Source: Minisyncoccota bacterium
GTDB taxonomy: Bacteria > Patescibacteriota > Minisyncoccia > UBA6257 > GWB1-50-10
Assembly: GCA_041917695.1 (NCBI GenBank)
Contig: JAYRXE010000010.1
Coordinates: 1-57,334, forward strand
DNA: 57,334 nt
Direction of reading: 5' to 3'
The first letter of the stretch is position 1. Every line of letters starts with the position of its first letter. The notes beneath the pieces were generated by a model, which was given only the letters and a program-made list of their open reading frames with translations, had not been told where the DNA came from and searched no databases. Positions 26,318 to 33,495 of this stretch are shown in pieces. The translations under genes were made by a program, and so were the position numbers.

Positions 26318-27991
26318 TTGAACCCGCGTCCGTCGATTTTCGACAAAGACCACTCTGAAAAAACCAAATACGCGCATTTTCGAAGCATGCTCAGACTTCG
26401 CCCATACCAGAACGAATGCGTCGGCGCCTGCCAGAAAAAATGGGAAGAAGGCTACGCGCGCCTGCTCGTCGCACTTGCGACCGGTTTGGGAAAAACGATC
26501 CTTTTTTCCGAAATTGCGAGTCAGCGGATTCGCAAAAACAACAAGGAACGAGTCCTGATTCTCGCCCATCTGGACGAACTCCTGACTCAGGCGACCGAAA
26601 AGATTCCCTTGGTCGATCCGAATCTCCAGTCGCACATCATCCGAAAAGGCCACATCGATCACTCGGCGCCGGTTCACCTCATCTCCGTCCAATCGGCCTC
26701 GACACCCCAAACGCTCGACCAGCTCCGAAAAGTCGGCTACGGCTTGGTGATTGTTGACGAGGCCCATCACACCCCGGCCGATGAATACCAGGTTGTCCTG
26801 GGGGAACTCGGATGTTTCTCTGGGCAAACCAAACTGCTCGGAGTGACCGCCACGCCGTTCAGGACCGACGACCGGGAACTCGACGAAACCTTCGAGGTGA
26901 CCGCCTACAAGAAAGGAATTCTGGAAGGGATCATCGAGGGGTACTTGGCCGACCTGAGAGGAATCGAGGTCCCCATCGATTGCGACCTCGGACAGTCGAG
27001 CGGGTCCGACTACAATGCCGGCAAACTCGGTCGCATTCTGAGAGGCGTGCTCCCGGAAGTCGCGCTCGATACGATCCAGCGATACGCCCCGAACCGGAAA
27101 ACCATCATCTTCGTTCCGACTATCGAGGTCGCCCGCGATGTCGCCGCGACACTGGTCGCCCACGGCATCTCAGCCGACCACGTTTCTGGCGAGGGTACCC
27201 CTACCGAACGTCGTCGAAAGATCGCCGACTACCGGGCCAATAAAATCCGGGTCCTCGTCAACGCAATGCTTTTGACTGAAGGCTTCGACGATCCCGAAAC
27301 CGATTGCGTGATCGTCGCCAGACCGACCCTGAGCAAGGGGCTCTATATTCAGATGATCGGCCGCGGCCTGCGTTTGTTTCCCGGCAAATCCGACTGCCTG
27401 GTCGTGGACCTCGTTCCTAAAGGCCACAAATCGCCGACGCTCACCTTGGCCGAGATGGCAAGGGTGACACCTGAAGAAGCCCGGAATCGGGGAATGCGCG
27501 CCCTCTACAAGAAAAAGAAGCAATCCGCCGATTCTCTCGGGAATCCCAAATGGGGAGATGGTCACGAGCGAAATCTTTTCGCGGATCTCAACTGGAGCCG
27601 CTTCGAGGGCGAGGTCTACGGGATACAGGTGGAAAAAACGTCGGTGGTCCTTTTCCCGGTGTCCGGGTTCGACCGCTACCATCCCCTGTACGATGTGTTC
27701 ATCCAGGAAGGCTCCCAAGGGCAGTTCCTTCATCGATCCCTTTCTCTCCCGTATTCCCAAGGAGTGGCCGAGGACCTGATTCGAGACCGAAATGCCTTTC
27801 AGCTCACAAAAACTCAGGCAGGATGGCGAGACCTACCAGTGACCGACTCGCAGTTTCAGGCCCTTCAAATCAACAAACTTCCCTTCCACAAAGACATGAC
27901 CCGCGGCGAGGCCTGTGACCTGATTCAGCAATCGAAACTCTCCCGAGTCGTTCAGGCGCTTCGTCGAAAAAGCCAGGAACAAGCCGCTTGA
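26318..27991 (+). CDS. superfamily-2 DEAD/DEAH-box helicase with a C-terminal extension
   Basis: Motif I ATGLGKT, motif II VDEAHH, motif III TATP, helicase-C region (MLLTEGFDDPE...ARPT...QMIGRGLR). The TTG start at 26318 lies at the predicted transcription start. ATG at 26387 is an alternative. Confidence 0.85.
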   Translation: MNPRPSIFDKDHSEKTKYAHFRSMLRLRPYQNECVGACQKKWEEGYARLLVALATGLGKTILFSEIASQRIRKNNKERVLILAHLDELLTQATEKIPLVDPNLQSHIIRKGHIDHSAPVHLISVQSASTPQTLDQLRKVGYGLVIVDEAHHTPADEYQVVLGELGCFSGQTKLLGVTATPFRTDDRELDETFEVTAYKKGILEGIIEGYLADLRGIEVPIDCDLGQSSGSDYNAGKLGRILRGVLPEVALDTIQRYAPNRKTIIFVPTIEVARDVAATLVAHGISADHVSGEGTPTERRRKIADYRANKIRVLVNAMLLTEGFDDPETDCVIVARPTLSKGLYIQMIGRGLRLFPGKSDCLVVDLVPKGHKSPTLTLAEMARVTPEEARNRGMRALYKKKKQSADSLGNPKWGDGHERNLFADLNWSRFEGEVYGIQVEKTSVVLFPVSGFDRYHPLYDVFIQEGSQGQFLHRSLSLPYSQGVAEDLIRDRNAFQLTKTQAGWRDLPVTDSQFQALQINKLPFHKDMTRGEACDLIQQSKLSRVVQALRRKSQEQAA

Positions 27992-28100
27992 CCCGAGATC
28001 TCAACCGACACGGATCCAACGGAAATTTTTTGTTTGCGGAAGTATTACTCGAACCTGTCTTTCCGATGACCAGGCGCGCGGCAAGCCTCGGCCTTCAGGC

Positions 28101-29602
28101 TTGTCTTTATCCACAGAATGTTCATTTACAAGGAGTGGGTCAAAGGTTGGTAGTCAGATGATTCAGGGGGTAATGGAGTGATGACCTTGGGTTTATCGGT
28201 TGAGGCGTGGTCGGAGCAGGAATTTTCGGGGTCGAGTTTCAGCGATGAGCGGATGAGTCGTCGGGCGGTGGCGATCGGTTCGGCGATGGCGCGTCATCCG
28301 GGGAATGGATTGGGTCAGATGTTTGGGCGGGTTTCGGAGGTTCGTGCGGCGTACCGGTTCGTGAATCATGCGGAAGCGACGCCGGAAACGATTCAGTACG
28401 GTCATCGGGAGCGGGTGTTTTCGGAGATGGGAACGGGTTGGTATTTGCTCCTGGAAGACACGAGCGAGATTTTGTGCAGTCGGGGCGAGGAGATCGAGGG
28501 GTTGGGACCGATTGGCGGGAGTCGGACGCGCAAGATCGGATTTTTGCTGCATACGACGTTGGCGGTCAGATGGGACGGGAGCGGGGCGGGGGTGCATCGT
28601 CGGGCGGTGGAGGTGGTTGGGATTGCGGATCAGTCGTACCGGATTCGCGAGCCGCAGCCCGGGCGTGGTCCGGATCGGGGTTCGCGTCGTCGGCAAGTCG
28701 GAAGCGGGGTGGAGTCCGGGGTCTGGGAGCAGACGTCGCATCGGCTGGGTCATCCGCCACCGGGAGCGCGATGGATCAAGGTGGGTGATCGTGGGGCGGA
28801 TATTTACGATCATTTGATGAGTTGCCGGGCGAACGGTCAGGATTTCGTGATTCGGGCGCAGGCGGATCGGGTGATTGAGGAGACCCCGGGGCGATTGTTT
28901 GTGGCGGCGCGGGCGACGGCGGCAAAGGACGAAACGAGTCGGTTGACGTTGCGTCGCCGCGGGCAAACACCGAAACGCACCGCACGGCTGTCGGTGAGCG
29001 TGACGGTGGTTCGGATTCAGTCGCCGCAGGTCGTCGGATTTCGCCGTGGGGCGCGTCCGGCACTCACGGTCACGCTGGTCCGGGCCTGGGAGGCCGATCC
29101 GCCACCGGGTGTGACGGCGCTGGAATGGATTTTGTTGACCAGTCTGCCGGTTGAGACGACGGCGCAGGCGTGGGAAATCGTTCGGATGTACGCGACCCGC
29201 TGGCTGGAGGAAGAATTTCACAAAGCCTTGAAAACCGGGCTTGGACTGGAGCGCCAGCAAATGGAAAGCGCCGCGGCGTGGTTTGCCGTGACGGCCCTGA
29301 TGAGCGTGGTCGCCGTACGTCTGATTGCGCTTCGGGAAGTGGTTCGCGCCGCGCCCGCCGCACCCGCCGATCAGTCCGGATTGACGCCAACCGAACAGGC
29401 GGTCTTGAGCCTGCGCGCCGAACGGCCATTGAAAACGGTCCGCGATGTCGCACTCGCGCTGGCACGACTTGGAGGTCATATGAACCGGGCCGGGGATGGT
29501 CTCCCCGGCTGGATCGTTCTCTGGCGCGGCTGGCAAGTACTCCAAAATCTGATCGAAGGGGTTCACATTGCCCGTAAATTGACTTTCTGTGGATAAAGAC
29601 AA
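28101..29602 (+). mobile_element. IS4-family (IS50/Tn5-like) insertion sequence, 1502 bp
   Basis: Perfect 16-bp terminal inverted repeats: TTGTCTTTATCCACAG at 28101-28116 and CTGTGGATAAAGACAA at 29587-29602. Flanked by the 10-bp direct repeat GCCTTCAGGC (28091-28100 and 29603-29612). Confidence 0.9.
28178..29596 (+). CDS. IS4-family DDE transposase (472 aa)
   Basis: Fills the IS. The stop lies inside the right IR. The N-terminus resembles the Tn5 transposase N-terminal domain (...AAYRFVNH...). Confidence 0.85.
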   Translation: MMTLGLSVEAWSEQEFSGSSFSDERMSRRAVAIGSAMARHPGNGLGQMFGRVSEVRAAYRFVNHAEATPETIQYGHRERVFSEMGTGWYLLLEDTSEILCSRGEEIEGLGPIGGSRTRKIGFLLHTTLAVRWDGSGAGVHRRAVEVVGIADQSYRIREPQPGRGPDRGSRRRQVGSGVESGVWEQTSHRLGHPPPGARWIKVGDRGADIYDHLMSCRANGQDFVIRAQADRVIEETPGRLFVAARATAAKDETSRLTLRRRGQTPKRTARLSVSVTVVRIQSPQVVGFRRGARPALTVTLVRAWEADPPPGVTALEWILLTSLPVETTAQAWEIVRMYATRWLEEEFHKALKTGLGLERQQMESAAAWFAVTALMSVVAVRLIALREVVRAAPAAPADQSGLTPTEQAVLSLRAERPLKTVRDVALALARLGGHMNRAGDGLPGWIVLWRGWQVLQNLIEGVHIARKLTFCG

Positions 29603-29654
29603 GCCTTCAGGCCGGGGAAGGATAGCGCGAACGCGGAAGGCGTCTTCCCGTGGA

Positions 29655-30071
29655 TCAGTGAGGTCTCTGCTGTTGCTGGATGTACTGCCTGATGATCTCG
29701 ATGGGCGCACCGCCGCAGCTTCCGGCAAAGTAGGAAGGAGACCAGAGGGCGCCGCCCAATAGCTTCTTTCTGATCCCTAGGTCGTTTTTCTTTCGAATCA
29801 GTCGGCTGGAGACTCCCTTCAAACTGTTCACCAGCGCCGACACCGCGACCTTCGGCGGGTAATTCACCAGCAGATGGACGTGATCGTCCTCGCCGTCGAA
29901 CTCCACGAGTTCCGCCTCGAAGTCCGCGCAGACGCTGGAAAAGATTTCGCGCAAATCGTCGAGAATATCGATCGTGAAGACATTTCGGCGGTATTTGGTC
30001 ACGAAGACCAAATGGACGTGCATAAGAAAAACACAATGCCTGCCGTGTCGAATATCGTTGTCATCGCTCAT
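29655..30071 (-). CDS. tnpA: IS200/IS605 TnpA, HUH/Y1 single-strand transposase (138 aa)
   Basis: Internal Met MSDDNDIRHGRH of ORF 29655..30350. HUH motif HVHLLV and the Tyr-containing C-terminal helix (APIEIIRQYI). Confidence 0.85.
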   Translation of the reverse strand: MSDDNDIRHGRHCVFLMHVHLVFVTKYRRNVFTIDILDDLREIFSSVCADFEAELVEFDGEDDHVHLLVNYPPKVAVSALVNSLKGVSSRLIRKKNDLGIRKKLLGGALWSPSYFAGSCGGAPIEIIRQYIQQQQRPH

Positions 30072-30092
30072 GGACCAAATTATAATCCAGAC

Positions 30093-31331
30093 ATGAGACG
30101 ACTCCAAGCCTTCAAATTCGAACTGATGCCGACCGGAGATCAGAAGCGCCGGATGCGGCGTTGTGCCGGTTCGTGTCGGGTTGTGTTCAACGAGGCTTTG
30201 AGTTTGCGGAAAGCGTGTTCCGAGAATGGGGAAAAAATGCCCGGCTACGCGGAGTTGTGCCGGGAGCTGACGGCCTGGCGCAATGGCGCGCCGCTGCCAT
30301 CCGGGCGGGTTGCGCGCTGGCTTGGAGACGCGCCGGTGCATCCGCTCCAACAGAAACTCAAGGATCTGTTGCGGGCCTACGACAACTTCTTCGCCAAAAG
30401 GGCGGACTTCCCGCGCTTCAAGAAGAAGGGGCAGGGGGACAGCTTCAGGTATCCCGATCCCAAGCAGATCAAACTCGACTCCGCCAACAACCGGGTCTTC
30501 CTGCCCAAACTCGGCTGGCTGCGGTATCGGAACAGCCGCCCAGTGCCGGGCGAGTTAAAGCAGGTGACGGTATCCGCCATCGGCGACAAGTGGTTCGTCA
30601 GCATCCAGACCGAACGCGAGATTCCCGATCCTGTATTGAAGGCGACCAGCTCGGTAGGCATCGACCTTGGGATCGCCCGCTTCGCCACCCTGTCGGATGG
30701 CACGTTCCACTCCCCGCTCAACAGTTTCAAGCTGCACGAAGTCGCGCTCCGCAAGGCGCAACAGGCGTTGAGCCACAAAACAAAATTCAGCCACAACTGG
30801 AAGAAGGCCAAGGCCAGAGTTCGCACCCTTCATGCCCGAATTGCCAATGCTCGCCGCGACTACCTGCACAAAATCACGACCACCATCAGCCAAAATCACG
30901 CGATGGTGTGCATTGAGGATTTGCAGGTTCGGAACATGTCCCGTTCGGCGGCTGGAACGGCGGAAAATCCGGGCCGGAAGGTCAAAGCGAAATCAGGCCT
31001 GAACAAGGCCATCCTGGACCAGGGATGGTACGAGTTCCGCCGTCAGCTTGAGTACAAACTGGCGTGGCAGGGCGGGCGGCTGATTGCCGTCCCGCCAATG
31101 AACACGAGCCGCTCCTGTCCCCATTGCGGCCATGTGTCGGCGGACAACCGGCGCACGCAATCGCGGTTCGCGTGTGTCACATGCAAGTTCGAGGAACACG
31201 CCGACGTGGTCGGCGCGATCAACATTCTCAGGGCGGGACACGCCCGTTGCGCCTGTGAAGTGAGCGGTGCGGTAAGGCCGCCAGCAGCAGGAACCCACCG
31301 AAGCGACTCACCCGGCTCACTGCGGGAATGA
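30093..31331 (+). CDS. tnpB: TnpB (IS605 OrfB) RNA-guided nuclease family protein (412 aa)
   Basis: Internal Met MRRLQAFKFELMPT of ORF 29874..31331. RuvC residues read intact in GIDLGI, CIEDLQV and HADVVGAINI. Zinc finger CPHCG...CVTC. Confidence 0.85.
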   Translation: MRRLQAFKFELMPTGDQKRRMRRCAGSCRVVFNEALSLRKACSENGEKMPGYAELCRELTAWRNGAPLPSGRVARWLGDAPVHPLQQKLKDLLRAYDNFFAKRADFPRFKKKGQGDSFRYPDPKQIKLDSANNRVFLPKLGWLRYRNSRPVPGELKQVTVSAIGDKWFVSIQTEREIPDPVLKATSSVGIDLGIARFATLSDGTFHSPLNSFKLHEVALRKAQQALSHKTKFSHNWKKAKARVRTLHARIANARRDYLHKITTTISQNHAMVCIEDLQVRNMSRSAAGTAENPGRKVKAKSGLNKAILDQGWYEFRRQLEYKLAWQGGRLIAVPPMNTSRSCPHCGHVSADNRRTQSRFACVTCKFEEHADVVGAINILRAGHARCACEVSGAVRPPAAGTHRSDSPGSLRE

Positions 31332-31382
31332 GCGCCGTAGGAATCCCCGGCCTTTAGGCCGGGGAGGATGTCAAGTTTATAT

Positions 31383-31674
31383 TCAGGAAGCAGGTCAACA
31401 AGGGCAGTTCCTCCATCGATCCCTTTCCCTCCCTTATGCCCAAGGAGTGGCAGAGGATCTGATTTGAGACCGGAATGCCTTTCAGCTCACCACCACCCAA
31501 GCTGGATGGCGAGAACTCCCTGTAACCGATTCCCAGTTTCAGGCGCTTCAACTCAACAAACTTCCCTTCCACAAGGACATGACCCGTGGAGAGGCCTGCG
31601 ACCTGATTCAGCAATCAAAACTCTCCCGAGTCGTTCAGGCGCTTCGTCGAAAAAACCAGGAACGAGCTGCCTGA
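31383..31674 (+). pseudogene. diverged 3' fragment of a helicase paralogue (copy 2 of 27703-27991)
   Basis: High DNA identity (roughly 85-90% by eye) to the helicase 3' end. In-frame TGA where the helicase has CGA (..AEDLI*DRNA..). Starts right at the IS605 right end. Confidence 0.75.
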
Positions 31675-31675
31675 C

Positions 31676-32593
31676 TCAAAAGCTTCCGCCGAGGTTTTCC
31701 CACGATCCAATATGTCGATTCCAAAATCCAGAGAAGTGCCCATTTCTGATCAATCCATTCACCGGTGGCGACAAAAATTCGGAAATCTCTTTAACCACAA
31801 CTTCCAGCTCGACTGGTGTTTCCCGGATTTCTTCAAGATAGTGCATCCAGGGCTTTTGATTTTTTTGAGCGAACTCAATGGTCAATCCCGGTAGGTCAGC
31901 CGTCAAGCTGACCATCTCGCGTCGCTCAAAAGTTTTGAGAATAGCTAGAGACAGAAGTGCTCCATCAAAATCGTTTCCTTTCGCAAGAACCGAGATGTCG
32001 CGATAGTCCTTCAGTCTGGAATTAAGCATACCCCGGTCAGTCATCGCGTGGAGTTTCTCGGCGATTACGGCTTCCTTGGGATACACCTGAAAGAATGGCC
32101 TTGGCATACCTGCCAGCGATGGAATTTCAACCTTTTTCGGTGTAGGAAAAACGGCGTCTCCGATACCAATGTCTATTTGAAGAGGAATTATGGCGTTTTC
32201 CAGCCTAGCTCGGATACGAACTCGAATCCCCCCATATTTCTGATCTTCTCGAATTGGCCCCACCCCGAATTCCGATTCGAAAATCAAACCGTCCGAGATA
32301 TCGACACCAGTGGCAAGAGTGACGATTTCACGAACCGAATCCTCTGAAAGCGCGCCGAACCCAAGCAGATCAAGGTCACTGGTTGGGCGAAAGCCGGATT
32401 CCTCCCACACTACGAACAACATCGCCCCTTTCAGGACGAACCGGTCCGAGAATCCCGCAAGTTCAAGGCGTTTCAGAAAACGTTCGTAGGCATACCTGCG
32501 AAGAATCCGGTCAAAATTCACCCCAGTGGAACGATATTCGTTCATCAACTTTGCACGGATCGAGGCCGCCGGATTCGTGATTGGCCTTTTCAT
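31676..32593 (-). CDS. abiEii: AbiEii/AbiGii-family nucleotidyltransferase toxin
   Basis: 305 aa. Typical N-terminus (IRAKLMNEYRSTGVNFDRILRRYAYERFLKRL...FVLKGAMLF...SDLDLLG). 4-nt overlap with the upstream antitoxin gene. Confidence 0.85.
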   Translation of the reverse strand: MKRPITNPAASIRAKLMNEYRSTGVNFDRILRRYAYERFLKRLELAGFSDRFVLKGAMLFVVWEESGFRPTSDLDLLGFGALSEDSVREIVTLATGVDISDGLIFESEFGVGPIREDQKYGGIRVRIRARLENAIIPLQIDIGIGDAVFPTPKKVEIPSLAGMPRPFFQVYPKEAVIAEKLHAMTDRGMLNSRLKDYRDISVLAKGNDFDGALLSLAILKTFERREMVSLTADLPGLTIEFAQKNQKPWMHYLEEIRETPVELEVVVKEISEFLSPPVNGLIRNGHFSGFWNRHIGSWENLGGSF

Positions 32594-33204
32594 CCGAGAG
32601 CCTCCAGATACGGACGCATGACATTTGCCATCCGAAATTGCTCCGCCATTTCAACCAGTTCAGAAATGGTACCTTTCTTCCCGGCTCGGTAGGCCCTCAA
32701 CGCCTCAACCGCGATTCCGGATCCAAGGCGATTCCGAATTCGGAAACAATCGACCACCGTACGGGCTGGGGTAGTGATTTTGACTCGGGTCCCTTCGATG
32801 ATGTGAGTCTTCACACCAACTTGCAACACGGAAGAAGTTCCTCGAATGACCTTGAGAAAATTCCGGGTCAGCCGTGGCGTAGCCGAACGTTGAGGGATGA
32901 ACATCCAGATTCGGGACGGAGACTGGGTCCCAAGTTCATGGAAGGCAAGAGCGGAAAGCAGACAAATTACCCCCTCGGGCATGGCCGTTCCCGCGACCGC
33001 CAGCTCGTGATGTTCAGTTATGGGGGCATCAGCCAACCGAAAAAGACCGCGATGAACCCGTTCGAGAACCCCTTTTTTGACCAAGCGGCTGAAGTGTTCC
33101 CGCGTAACTCCCTGGTCCGCCAACATTTTGGGCTGGACGAATCCTTTTCGGGCCGATTGCAAAATCAGTTTGGTAGCTTGGGATGTGGCCATGATTCTCA
33201 ACAC
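32590..33204 (-). CDS. abiEi: AbiEi-family type IV antitoxin / transcriptional regulator
   Basis: 204 aa. N-terminal wHTH-like region (LADQGVTREHFSRLVKKGVLERVHRGLFRLAD). Lies upstream of abiEii. Confidence 0.8.
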   Translation of the reverse strand: MLRIMATSQATKLILQSARKGFVQPKMLADQGVTREHFSRLVKKGVLERVHRGLFRLADAPITEHHELAVAGTAMPEGVICLLSALAFHELGTQSPSRIWMFIPQRSATPRLTRNFLKVIRGTSSVLQVGVKTHIIEGTRVKITTPARTVVDCFRIRNRLGSGIAVEALRAYRAGKKGTISELVEMAEQFRMANVMRPYLEALG

Positions 33205-33299
33205 TTCCTTTATACTGAGGTTTAATTATAGATAAAACGTAACAAAAATGCACGCATGTCACGCATTTTAGGTCGCTAAATATTCTTTATTCCCACAAG

Positions 33300-33365
33300 G
33301 GCTTCGTCGAAAAAGCCAGGAACGGGCTGCCTGATCCCAAACCTCAACCGACACGGTTTCAAAGC
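33300..33365 (+). repeat. third copy of the helicase 3' end plus its downstream tail (66 nt)
   Basis: GCTTCGTCGAAAAAGCCAGGAACGGGCTGCCTGATCCCAAACCTCAACCGACACGG matches 27959-28016. Its first 33 nt also match 31642-31674. Confidence 0.8.
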
Positions 33366-33495
33366 CAACCTTTTCAGTTCCGGAGCTATTGCCCGACCCT
33401 CTTTGCTCGATGACAACCGGCCTCGAGAAAAAAATTTCGAGGCCTCGCCAAAAACGGCGCGGCAAATGGGAATGACCAGAGCGTACGAACCGGCA

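Larger units (their letters stand above)
28085..31375. mobile_element. IS200/IS605-family element (divergent tnpA and tnpB), interrupted by an IS4-family element
   Basis: Similar end hairpins in direct orientation. The reconstructed left one is CCTCGGCC-ttca-GGCCGGGG-AAGGAT (28086-28100 joined to 29613 onward). The right one is CCCCGGCC-ttta-GGCCGGGG-AGGAT (31345-31369). Exact termini are not determined. Confidence 0.7.

Noticed and set aside
28193-29728. 511-aa minus-strand ORF across the IS4 element.
   Set aside because: It lies antisense to the transposase that fills the IS between its inverted repeats. The translation is Arg/Pro-rich and not protein-like.
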